Source: a virus
Reading direction: 5' to 3' (one strand)
DNA: 64,000 bases
IMG/VR virus record: IMGVR_UViG_3300031525_000865
Part shown: piece by piece, positions 38,440 to 47,071 of the stretch
Numbering within the stretch: position 1 is the first letter of the stretch
How the letters are laid out: each line of letters begins with the position of its first letter
The notes under the pieces: model-generated
The model's database searches: none
Seen by the model: the letters and a program-made list of their open reading frames with translations, nothing else
Told to the model about the DNA's origin: nothing
Position numbers and translations under genes: made by a program

Positions 38440-38633
38440 TGCTGGAGAAGGAACGGGAGTACGCGCTGCGCATGGCCAAGTCGGCCAGGTCCGTCGCGCA
38501 GTCCGCTCGGGACGAATGTGACCGAAGGCGAACGCCGTCCACGGAGATGGGGATGGTGCGTGGGCTGGCCCAGGCCGTCGACCAGCTTGCCGATGTCGTG
38601 ACGCTTCTGGTCGAGGATCATCGCTCTAGCTGA
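38439..38633 (+). CDS. small helical protein
   Basis: TGATG overlap. Confidence 0.5.
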   Translation: MLEKEREYALRMAKSARSVAQSARDECDRRRTPSTEMGMVRGLAQAVDQLADVVTLLVEDHRSS

Positions 38634-38669
38634 CCACTGGCATCGGGCGTTCGAGCGATCTACGATTCC

Positions 38670-39161
38670 ATGGTTGCGATGAAGGCCTCCCGGGCGACAG
38701 CCGTCACGATTGCCCGCCCGTCGCTCCTCGTGGGTCTGCGTCCGAGGGCGGCGCGTCTGGCGCGTCGGAAGGAGAGCCATTCGCTCGCTGTAGCGCAGGT
38801 ACAGCTTCAGGAGATCAAGCTAGAGCAGATGCGTATCGCGGCCGAGCAGCGCAACATGGACCGTGAGCTGGAGCTTCTGAAGATCGACGAGCGTCGTCGT
38901 GCGCGCGAGGACCGTGAGCGTAGGCGCGGCGTGCAGTCCGAGGACGAAGCGACCGACGCGCAACTGGAAGAAATCATGGTGCGGGCGAAGGCTCGCCGAG
39001 AGAAAAAGGAATCAGCCGAGGCTACCGAGGAGTCCGTCGAGACAACGAGTACGGTGACCTCACCAGAGGTGGCGCCGCAAGACGATTCACGTCGTCAGAT
39101 GCTGACCGAGCTGGCGGCGCAGCTCCTCTCCGGTCAGTGGAAGCCGCCGGAGCGCGCATGA
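38670..39161 (+). CDS. coiled-coil hypothetical protein
   Basis: charged helical ORF. Confidence 0.55.
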   Translation: MVAMKASRATAVTIARPSLLVGLRPRAARLARRKESHSLAVAQVQLQEIKLEQMRIAAEQRNMDRELELLKIDERRRAREDRERRRGVQSEDEATDAQLEEIMVRAKARREKKESAEATEESVETTSTVTSPEVAPQDDSRRQMLTELAAQLLSGQWKPPERA

Positions 39162-39343
39162 GACCGTCGAGCCGTCGCGTTGACCTCAAAGAACACGCGC
39201 GCATGCGAGAGGCGCAGAAATCCTGCGCTCGCTGTCAGCTACTTCGAGGCCCATGCGCCCGTCACACTCCAAGCTCACACAGGCGACCGACCATGGAAGA
39301 ACTTGGTCTGACGAGCAGGCCGTCGCGTTCCTAGCCGACGATC

Positions 39344-39532
39344 ATGCCTTCCAGGCAGCACGCTACCCTGGTTGAAGCCGCCGCAGTCGCTGCGGGAGTC
39401 GTGGCGACTTTTGGCGTGGTCGCTCTTTCGCTGTTCCATGTGTTTGGCAGACTGGTCGTCGTCGGGACGGCGCTACTGACTGTGGTCTCGGTGCTGACGG
39501 TGACGGTTCGTGGCTCTCAGCCGCGCTCGTAG
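39344..39532 (+). CDS. small two-TM membrane protein
   Basis: two hydrophobic stretches in 62 aa. Confidence 0.45.
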   Translation: MPSRQHATLVEAAAVAAGVVATFGVVALSLFHVFGRLVVVGTALLTVVSVLTVTVRGSQPRS

Positions 39533-40158
39533 AGCGCGCGCAGCTGGAGTTCTTCGGCGGAGCCCTTCTTGGGGATGTTCAGGCCTCCGTAGCGCTTGAT
39601 CTTGGCGCGCCCGTACGTCCACCGTCGGTCACGGCTCATGAGGAGCTTCCCTCCCTCTTTCACCTTCTTCTCGACGATGGCCAAGGCCTCGGGCGACAGG
39701 CGCGCGGCCCATGCGTAGCCCAGGGTGTCGCCGTAGGCCGGCGCGATGAGCAGGTAGAAATCGCGTTCGGGGGCGCTCTGCACAGTTTCTTGGTCGGACG
39801 TGACGGTGACGAAGTCGGGCCCCATGACGGCGTTGATGATGGCGGCTCCTTGCCGGAAGGAAGGACCGTGTCCCTCGGGCTTGATGGCCATTTTGATCAG
39901 GGCGATCTCGGGCGGAGTGAGGTTCAGAAGATCGCGGTGATGCACCATCTCATGTGCAAGGATGCGTTCGAGCGTCCGAGGGTCGCCGACGATGCTGCGG
40001 TCGAGCGTGATGGTCGTCGTGTGCGGTAGCTTCTCGGACCATCGGCAGAGGCCGAGCCACCGAGACCCGATTCGCGTCTTGACGTGGACGATAGGTCGGG
40101 CGCCGCGGATCGACAGGACGCCCATGTACTTGTCGACAAGGTCGTCGATCGTGCTCAT
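39517..40158 (-). CDS. SprT-like zinc metalloprotease
   Basis: WLGLC...ILAHEMVHH...GHGPSF. Confidence 0.8.
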   Translation of the reverse strand: MSTIDDLVDKYMGVLSIRGARPIVHVKTRIGSRWLGLCRWSEKLPHTTTITLDRSIVGDPRTLERILAHEMVHHRDLLNLTPPEIALIKMAIKPEGHGPSFRQGAAIINAVMGPDFVTVTSDQETVQSAPERDFYLLIAPAYGDTLGYAWAARLSPEALAIVEKKVKEGGKLLMSRDRRWTYGRAKIKRYGGLNIPKKGSAEELQLRALYERG

Positions 40159-40199
40159 GAGCCCTTGCAGCAGTTCTCACACTTGTAGCAAGAGTCCCG

Positions 40200-40826
40200 T
40201 TACTGGTCTCCTACGGGGCCACCATCAGCCGATTCGTCGAGCGCGCCAGGCACGTCGGTGCACGCCATCGGCGCTCCCCCATCATCCCACGGTCGGTCGG
40301 CTTGGTACTGAGATACGTCGAGGCAACCGACGTGGTCTTCGCCGTTCCTGTAGGTAGGGTTCATCACTGCGTATGTCGTGCACGGCGCCGTGCACGGATG
40401 CAGGAGACCAAGCGCGTGCCCCCACTCGTGAATCATCGTGTCTTGCATCTCGTCGTACGACGTCAGTGTGTTCGAGATGAAGACGAAGTACGGTACGGTG
40501 TACCCGATGTAGTCGCCATCGACGAGCGTATCGAAATCCGCGAAGCTGACCTCGTGGACCGCGAAGCACCCGGGGTCGACGCAACCGAGGTCTCCGTGGA
40601 GCACGGTGATCTGAACGTCGGTGAACTCGGTCCATTGCCGCAACGCCTCGGCGACGGCGGCCTCGCCATCCGCGTCGACGTCGGTGGAGACATAGAACGT
40701 GTAGCTCTGGAGCGCCGGGAGGTGGAGGCCAGCGTCGCCAGAATCGATCTCGTCGACCGTCGTGCATGCGACGACGCAGACAAGTGCCGCAGTGAGGAGG
40801 AAGAGGAAGGCGCGTTTCAGGGCCAT
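40200..40826 (-). CDS. secreted or lipoprotein matrixin-like (metzincin) metalloprotease
   Basis: signal ending VVAC; HEWGHALGLLH; Met-turn AVMNP. Confidence 0.85.
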   Translation of the reverse strand: MALKRAFLFLLTAALVCVVACTTVDEIDSGDAGLHLPALQSYTFYVSTDVDADGEAAVAEALRQWTEFTDVQITVLHGDLGCVDPGCFAVHEVSFADFDTLVDGDYIGYTVPYFVFISNTLTSYDEMQDTMIHEWGHALGLLHPCTAPCTTYAVMNPTYRNGEDHVGCLDVSQYQADRPWDDGGAPMACTDVPGALDESADGGPVGDQ

Positions 40827-40829
40827 TGC

Positions 40830-41051
40830 TTAGTCTCCGCTGCCGGCGTCCGAGTCGCGCCGAAGGAACATGGGCTGCGGCCCGTTGGGGTCGTCGGAGC
40901 CAGGTACGAGGTCGTGTATGGGCGGCCCGTTGTTGGGCGTGCCGCTGAAGCTGTAGGTGGGACCGCTCCCGAACAGTGGATGCGTGAAGCACGCGCCGAT
41001 TGCGAGAACGAGCGCGAGGCCAGCGGGGACCACGATGCGAAGCGTCATCAC
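40830..41051 (-). CDS. small exported or lipoprotein
   Basis: hydrophobic N-terminus ending IGAC. Confidence 0.55.
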   Translation of the reverse strand: MMTLRIVVPAGLALVLAIGACFTHPLFGSGPTYSFSGTPNNGPPIHDLVPGSDDPNGPQPMFLRRDSDAGSGD

Positions 41052-41144
41052 ACGGCGCCCATGCGACGCCGTGAGCTAGCTTCCGTCCAGACAGGAGCTG
41101 TCCAGGAACGAGTTGTCCAGGAACTACGGCTGGCCATCGTGGGC

Positions 41145-41738
41145 TCAGACGGAAGCGTCGGCCGTCACGGTCGCGTCGACGACATCGGCGACGGGATCTG
41201 CGGGCGGCGGGGGCGGGGGTCCCCAGGCCGGCTGCCAGTGACGGTGCAGGCGCCACTGCTCTTCGCGCCAGCGCCACCACGGGTTGGCCTGCTGGCGGCT
41301 CCAGTACTCGCGGTACGGGAGGGGGCGTGCGACGCGCCACGCACCGGCCGCGTGATCCGCCATCATGGGGGAGATGTCGAAGGTGACATCGAACGTGTCG
41401 GTCGAACCCTGCTTGGCGAAGGTGACGGTCTCCTTGCCGGGCATGGCCGCCGTGAACACGAGGCCACCCAGGTGGCGCGCGGGCACGGGCTGCATTGGGA
41501 GGTTGGCCTGGTTGATGATCTCTCCGCTGGGCCCGACGGCGCTGAGGATGATCCACTCACGTGGCAGGTTGACGCGGACGGTCTGTCCGGCGGAGATCTG
41601 GACGTGCTTGACGCCCAGCATGGGGCTGACGTCGACGATGGTGCCCGGGGGACCTCCGGCGACGACGGTGCCCTGGTGTCGACGCAGGAGCCACAGGGCA
41701 GTGGCGCCGAGGGCGATGATGGCGAGCGGGGGCAGCAT
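41145..41738 (-). CDS. membrane-anchored Ig/chagasin-like protein; paralog of 15079..15489
   Basis: MLPPLAIIALGATALWLLRR; GQTVRVNLPREW. Confidence 0.7.
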   Translation of the reverse strand: MLPPLAIIALGATALWLLRRHQGTVVAGGPPGTIVDVSPMLGVKHVQISAGQTVRVNLPREWIILSAVGPSGEIINQANLPMQPVPARHLGGLVFTAAMPGKETVTFAKQGSTDTFDVTFDISPMMADHAAGAWRVARPLPYREYWSRQQANPWWRWREEQWRLHRHWQPAWGPPPPPPADPVADVVDATVTADASV

Positions 41739-41769
41739 GGTGGGTCTCTTCCTTCCGAATCGGGTGGGA

Positions 41770-42117
41770 TCAGTGTCCGAGGTAGCCGTACCGGGGAGGC
41801 CAGTACAAGTCGTAGCCGGCGGCAGCATCGGCGCCGGGCATGGGCGGGGCCGCGGGCTGGACGAGCGTCTGCTGGTTCAGGAGCGAGGCCACGTGCTGCA
41901 GCTCGTCATGGCGCGACGGGCTGAACATCGCGATGACCTCCTCGGCCGAGAGGGTGTTGAGGGCGTCGTCGAACTCCGCTTGCGCGGCGGGGCTGAGCTT
42001 GGCGCGGACGGCAGCGGCCGCCGCGACGGCGACGCCCAGGGTGACGGTCTTGCTGACGCGCGAGCTGACATACGCCCCGACGGCGCCACCCAGAAAGAAC
42101 CAGACGAAGGGCATCAT
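41770..42117 (-). CDS. membrane-anchored hypothetical protein
   Basis: MMPFVWFFLGGAVGAY. Confidence 0.65.
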   Translation of the reverse strand: MMPFVWFFLGGAVGAYVSSRVSKTVTLGVAVAAAAAVRAKLSPAAQAEFDDALNTLSAEEVIAMFSPSRHDELQHVASLLNQQTLVQPAAPPMPGADAAAGYDLYWPPRYGYLGH

Positions 42118-42887
42118 GTGGAGCCTGCGGGCGGAGCGGTGAGGACGGCCAGGACGAGGTGGAGCTGCTGCGCGAGCTTGGGCCCCAGCGAGCCGGCCTG
42201 CGGCTGACTGAGCATGCCGACGGTGGCGTGCAGCTGGTCGACGGTGGGGGTGGCGGCCAGCTGGTTGATGGCTCCCAGGACGGTGTCCAGCTGCTGGAGC
42301 AGGGGCTTCATCTGGATGTCGACGGCGGGCGCCAGGGCGGCGTTCGGGTCGGCCTGTTTTGCGTAGGCCTCCGCGACCGGCCCCCAGAGTTTGGCGACGG
42401 TGTTGGCGAAGATGCCGCTTGTGGGTTGCGCCAGAAACGCGACGACGCTGCGGAGGGTGGTCAGCGTGGGATCGCCGATGACGTGCCGGAGGGATTGCGA
42501 TACGGCCTCGACGCCGATGTCGCGCAGCTCCTGCAGTGCGCGGAGGGCCTGCTCGCGGATCTGCGCGGACCGGTCGACGATGGGGATTGGAGCGTCGGCG
42601 AGGGCGCCCGTGGTGAAGGCAGGTGCGAATGCGGCGAAGCCGATCTGTCCCAGGGCGACAGCGATCCGCTCGCGGGTGGGCTGGTCGGGCTTGCCGGTGG
42701 GCGGGAGCATCTGTCCCCGCTGGAAGGCCATGATGGCTTGCTGCGTGGCGTGGTCGAGCGTCCCTGTGTCCGGGAGGGAGGCGACGCCCAGAGCAGTGAG
42801 GGCCCGCTGCACATCGGCCAGGCTGCCCACGGTCGTCAGGGCGCCCCGGTAACCAGCGGCAGCGCCAGGCACAGGCATCATGGACAT
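42114..42887 (-). CDS. peptidoglycan-binding-domain protein
   Basis: VQRALTALG...DTGTLDHATQQAIMAFQRGQMLPPTGKPDQPT. Confidence 0.75.
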   Translation of the reverse strand: MSMMPVPGAAAGYRGALTTVGSLADVQRALTALGVASLPDTGTLDHATQQAIMAFQRGQMLPPTGKPDQPTRERIAVALGQIGFAAFAPAFTTGALADAPIPIVDRSAQIREQALRALQELRDIGVEAVSQSLRHVIGDPTLTTLRSVVAFLAQPTSGIFANTVAKLWGPVAEAYAKQADPNAALAPAVDIQMKPLLQQLDTVLGAINQLAATPTVDQLHATVGMLSQPQAGSLGPKLAQQLHLVLAVLTAPPAGST

Positions 42888-43024
42888 GAATGCTACCACG
42901 ACCTTAGGTCGCCATGACCTACTAAGATCGCAGTCGGCTGGCACACGGATGCAAGTCAGATGGAACCGGCGAGTGCGGGTCGTCGCGGGCAGGATCTGGC
43001 CTCGCGGAGGCGTTCCGCGGTAGG

Positions 43025-43621
43025 ATGGCAGACACCATGGCTGGAGCCGTCGAGCAGATCCTGCGTCGGATGAAGGACAACAGCACGCGGGATGTGCTGG
43101 GTCGCAAGGTCCGGAGGGTGAACCACAGCCTCTTCATGATCGACGGAGAGGCCTTTCTGTCGGTGCGGTCGGCGGCCGCGCTCTTCGGCGAAGGCGCGCT
43201 GGGTGAAGGCCGCTACTACGAGCCGCAGCGTGTGCCCAAGTGGTCAGGGCGACCCAGCGTGCTCAAGGTGCGCGGTGGCCCGTTGACGCGTCGCGTGTTT
43301 CACGAGCTGACCAAGGAGCAGCACCTGGAACGTGCCTACGAGATGGCCCGCAAGGCGGCCGAGCAAAGAATGGCGTACCGCCGCGCGCTGGACAGCGCGA
43401 TCTCTCGCTACGGGGACATCCCTCGGGGCACCCAGCCGATCTCGGGCATCTACAACCAGGCCTTCCCCGCGAAGGTCAAGGAACGCCTGCGGGCGATCCT
43501 GGCGGACGTCAACGACTTCACGGACGCGTCGGTGGCGCACTACGAAGCGTCGGGCAAGAGAACGCCGTGGCGCGACTCACCTCTCCGGGCGATCGCCGTT
43601 CCCGAGGGCAGCTACTATTGA
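43025..43621 (+). CDS. hypothetical protein
   Basis: 198-aa ORF; TAGGAT upstream. Confidence 0.65.
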   Translation: MADTMAGAVEQILRRMKDNSTRDVLGRKVRRVNHSLFMIDGEAFLSVRSAAALFGEGALGEGRYYEPQRVPKWSGRPSVLKVRGGPLTRRVFHELTKEQHLERAYEMARKAAEQRMAYRRALDSAISRYGDIPRGTQPISGIYNQAFPAKVKERLRAILADVNDFTDASVAHYEASGKRTPWRDSPLRAIAVPEGSYY

Positions 43622-43628
43622 CGGAGTG

Positions 43629-44615
43629 TCAGCCCGGGTTCGGGTTTTCGACGTAGAGGGCCTGTCCGTTGGTGAAGCCGGTTTGGATCCTGGGTCCTCG
43701 CGGTTTGCGGAGCCCCAGCAGGCGCTCGCCGATGTCCCTCGTGAACATCGAGTCGGGCACGCCGTCGCCTCCGCCACCGAAGGGATTCTTGAAGATGTCC
43801 GTGAAGGATCCCAGGCAGGTGGCCTCGTTGCGGAGCCACGGCTCGCGATGACCCAGGATGAGCATGGCGGCGAGCACTTCCTCTTCGGGCGGCACGGTCC
43901 AGTCGTGGAAGTGGAGGGTCTGCCGGTCGTCGAGATCGTGAGCGATGCGCGTGTTGTCCGCGGCGATGGGGCTGTGGCGGTGCGCGATGAGGTAGCGGTG
44001 GCCGCTGAGACCTCCATGCACGATGACGAAGCGATCCTTGGCCCAGGTGCGGTGCTGCTCGTCGTCCAGGAATGAGAGGAGGACTTCGGTCGATGGCTTG
44101 ATCGCGTCGACGTAGCAGTCCGGACAACACGGTGTCGGTCGACGCACGGTGGCAGCGACTTTGGCGTCGGGCTTGGCGGCGATCTCCTTGGCCTTGTCGG
44201 AAGGCTCGCTCTTGGGTTCTTCGGGCTTCGCGTCCGTGGGCTTGTCGCTCACGGTATCGACGGGCGCTGTCAGCTTGTTGGTCTGGCAGACCTCGATGCG
44301 TCCGTCGTCCATGCGCACGGCGGTCAGCACGTTCTCGCCGGGCTTGGCGATGGAGCTGATGAGGAGGCCGATGTCAGCGACGGGGGCGAGGATGGTGACG
44401 CCCTCGGTGTTCCAGAAGCGTCGCTTCTTCGCGAGGGCGTTCTTGTTGGCGGGCGAGAGCCAGCCGCGTTCGTTGAACGTCTCTTGCAGCTGAAGGAGGA
44501 GCTGCTTCTCGGCGGCGGTGGGCCGGACGATGGACAAGAGGCTCTTGCCGCTGTCCTTGGGATCGGGCGTCAGTCGGAGATCGCCGTTCCAGCTGGGGAT
44601 GTACCAGGCGCGCAT
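43629..44615 (-). CDS. hypothetical protein
   Basis: ATG 44615; PCCPDC motif; strong codon bias. Confidence 0.7.
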   Translation of the reverse strand: MRAWYIPSWNGDLRLTPDPKDSGKSLLSIVRPTAAEKQLLLQLQETFNERGWLSPANKNALAKKRRFWNTEGVTILAPVADIGLLISSIAKPGENVLTAVRMDDGRIEVCQTNKLTAPVDTVSDKPTDAKPEEPKSEPSDKAKEIAAKPDAKVAATVRRPTPCCPDCYVDAIKPSTEVLLSFLDDEQHRTWAKDRFVIVHGGLSGHRYLIAHRHSPIAADNTRIAHDLDDRQTLHFHDWTVPPEEEVLAAMLILGHREPWLRNEATCLGSFTDIFKNPFGGGGDGVPDSMFTRDIGERLLGLRKPRGPRIQTGFTNGQALYVENPNPG

Positions 44616-44617
44616 GG

Positions 44618-45259
44618 CTACACAGTCTCCGGGGCCGTGGCGGCGTGGCTGACGCCGTTGGTGGTCGATCCGTTCGTTGTGGGTGTCGGGAGCGCAGGCG
44701 CGTCGGACGTGGGCGTGGCTTTCGTCGTGCCGCCTTCGAGGAGCCTCTGGCGGAGCGATTCGGCGACGTCGTGCAGGCCACTCTCCTCGGCCTTCGCGAG
44801 GGCGGAGACCAGGTGATCGGGCCGGTTGGCGAGGGCGTCGGCGACGGTTTGGGCGGCATCGGGGATCGCGTTGACGATCTGCCGAACCATGCTGGCCCCA
44901 AACTGCTCGGGGTTGGGCATGGGGGACGGCATCATGGTTGCGTCGGATCCGTAGGAGCCGATCGAATTGTTGCTCACCAGGAAGCCGCCTCCCACGTTGC
45001 CCCACCCGGCGGTGCCGTGCCGGCGCATCACCTGCGGATCGCCCACGCGCAGCGTGAGGCACAGCTGGTGGGCGGCGGCGGCCACCTGCTGGATCTGCGG
45101 CAGGTTGCGTACGAACTCGTCGCCGTCGATGAGGCGTCGCATCTCGGCGCGCAGCGCATCCCGGAGAGCCTCCGAAAGCGGCGCCGGCTCGTGTTCGTGA
45201 GCCGGTCGTGGCGCCGTGGGTTGGGCCTGTGGATCGGCGTTTTCGTTTTCCATTATCAT
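44618..45259 (-). CDS. hypothetical protein
   Basis: 213-aa ORF downstream of a boxed promoter. Confidence 0.65.
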   Translation of the reverse strand: MIMENENADPQAQPTAPRPAHEHEPAPLSEALRDALRAEMRRLIDGDEFVRNLPQIQQVAAAAHQLCLTLRVGDPQVMRRHGTAGWGNVGGGFLVSNNSIGSYGSDATMMPSPMPNPEQFGASMVRQIVNAIPDAAQTVADALANRPDHLVSALAKAEESGLHDVAESLRQRLLEGGTTKATPTSDAPALPTPTTNGSTTNGVSHAATAPETV

Positions 45260-45261
45260 GT

Positions 45262-45280
45262 GTCCGACGCTACGTCATAC
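45262..45280. promoter_or_regulatory. GTCCGAC-N5-GTCATAC operator-like box between divergent genes
   Basis: same geometry as the other boxes; TTGCGG-17-TAGCGT on the minus strand overlaps it. Confidence 0.6.
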
Positions 45281-45361
45281 GCGTGCGCGCCGCAAGACTG
45301 CGCCGTCGTCCGTCATGTTATTGGCCACATCGTTCGTGTTCGCGTAGTCTCGCGCTGCACG

Positions 45362-45550
45362 ATGCTTCCCGGCGGAACGTACCGAGAGGAGTACCTGTCG
45401 GAGGCTCTCAGCTACGGATGGCGTTGTCGCAACCAGGCGTGCGGCGTATGGAACGGGGACGACAAGGAGTTTCGGATCACGTGCCGATGCTGCGAGGCTC
45501 CTCGACCACGCAAGGAGAGCGTCGTACGCGGCACGAAGGGCAAGCGTTAG
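45362..45550 (+). CDS. small Zn-finger protein
   Basis: WRCRNQACG...CRCC. Confidence 0.5.
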   Translation: MLPGGTYREEYLSEALSYGWRCRNQACGVWNGDDKEFRITCRCCEAPRPRKESVVRGTKGKR

Positions 45551-45580
45551 CTTGAGCGCGATGCTACCTTCGTGACCATC

Positions 45581-46247
45581 ATGAGTGTGATCGTCGAGAT
45601 CCGGGCGGCCGAAGGTGGCCTCGATGCAAAAGACCTCGTTCGCGAGCAGTTCACGGTGTACGCGCGCCGCGCTGCTCGTCACGGTCTTTGACCTCGAACT
45701 CATCGAGGACCGTCCGGGGCTGATGGTCTTTCGCGCGCTGGGGGATGCTGCGGCGCACGATTTCCATGACGAGGCGGGAGGGCATCGTTGGCAGCGCGTC
45801 CCTCCGACGGAGAAGCGCGGCCGGGTACAGACCAGCACGGTGACGGTGGCGGTGCTGGAAGAGCCCACACCGCTGCAGGTGCGCCTGGACGATCGGGATC
45901 TGGAATGGCAGACGTGTCGGGCGTCGGGCAGCGGCGGTCAGAAGGTCAACAAAACCGAGAGCGCGGTGCAGCTGCGGCACGTGCCCACGGGGCTGACGGT
46001 CCGGGTTGAGACGGAGCGTTCGCAGCACCAGAACCGTGCGACGGCGCGCACGCTTCTGGGGGCGAGGATCTGGGAGCGCGAGCGTCAGCGGATCCAGAAC
46101 GAGCGGGACGCGAGCCGCCGTGAGCAGGTGGGGGCTGGGCAGCGCGGCGACAAGCGGCGGACGATCGCTGTGCAGCGCGGTACGGTGGTCGACCACGTGA
46201 CGGGTCGAGCCTGGTCACTACGTGACTACCTGCGTGGGGCCTGGTAG
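45581..46247 (+). CDS. short class-I peptide chain release factor (RF1-type PxT, GGQ; lacks domain 1), encoded across a +1 frameshift: join(45581..45688,45690..46247), 221 aa
   Basis: Frame 0 gives MSVIVEIRAAEGG..YARRAARHGL, stopping at CTT-TGA-C (45686-45692). The +1 frame continues DLELIE..GGHRWQRVPPTEKRGRVQTS..GSGGQKVNKTESAV..ERSQHQN. Confidence 0.85.
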
Positions 46248-46742
46248 GCCGGCAGCGGCAGCTTGGCGAGCTGCGCGCTCGCGTGCAAATTGCGCCGTCT
46301 TGGCGCGCTGCTGTCCATCGTACGCCAGCCACACGGCCTGGTACCCGACGGGATCTCGCGGCATAGCGACCTGCTTGATTTGCATGAGGTCACGCAGATC
46401 GGCGACGAGGATCGAGAGATCGTCGAACGAGAGGGTGAGCGCACGGACGCGAAGCTTGTCGAAGGTCTTGACGCCCGGGACGGCGAAGAGGAAGTCCACC
46501 TGGACGCGCGAGCTGCGAATGTGCCTGCCGGTGGCCGAGCGGGAGTCCTGTCCGCGGAGGTCCATGGCGATCTGCCGGATCGTGCGGGCGTTCATGCCCT
46601 GCCGCACGAAGAACGTGAATGGCCCTCTCGGAGTGATCTCCGCGCCTTGCAGTGCTCCGGCGGCATCGCCAAAGAGGACGGCTTCCAGGTGCGCGCGCTG
46701 GATGGCCTTGGCGACGCGCAGGAGTTCCGGGCTGGGATCCAT
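46218..46742 (-). CDS. degenerate nucleotidyltransferase-fold (MNT/AbiEii-like) protein, leaderless
   Basis: VLFGDAAGALQG, VDFL, LSILVADLRDLMQIK pattern, but no DxD; TATCCT 6 nt before the ATG. Confidence 0.5.
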   Translation of the reverse strand: MDPSPELLRVAKAIQRAHLEAVLFGDAAGALQGAEITPRGPFTFFVRQGMNARTIRQIAMDLRGQDSRSATGRHIRSSRVQVDFLFAVPGVKTFDKLRVRALTLSFDDLSILVADLRDLMQIKQVAMPRDPVGYQAVWLAYDGQQRAKTAQFARERAARQAAAAGLPGPTQVVT

Positions 46743-46818
46743 CCGCAAAGGATACACGCACCGGCCCCTGCCGGCCAAAAGCTTGCCGGCCCGGGTGCAT
46801 GGGCCGTATTCTCGTGGC

Positions 46819-47064
46819 ATGGCCGCTCGTCGCACCAAGGGTCGCAGTTCCCGTCGATCTATCCGTCGATCCGGCAACGGGGAGGGCAGCGACGAGAAGG
46901 CCCTCGTGAGCGCCAAGGCGTACATCGCCGGGCTGATGGGGCGCGCAACGAGCGCACTTCGCGAGCTGGATACGCGTGGCGAGCCGGGTACGGACATGGG
47001 CTCCCTCGTGGGCTACATGAATCGGTACCGCAACGAAGACTGGTACGAGCGCTACTACCGCTGA
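46819..47064 (+). CDS. small protein with Arg/Ser-rich N-terminal tag, leaderless
   Basis: MAARRTKGRSSRRSIRRSGNG; TATTCT 6 nt before the ATG. Confidence 0.7.
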   Translation: MAARRTKGRSSRRSIRRSGNGEGSDEKALVSAKAYIAGLMGRATSALRELDTRGEPGTDMGSLVGYMNRYRNEDWYERYYR

Positions 47065-47071
47065 TCCACTG

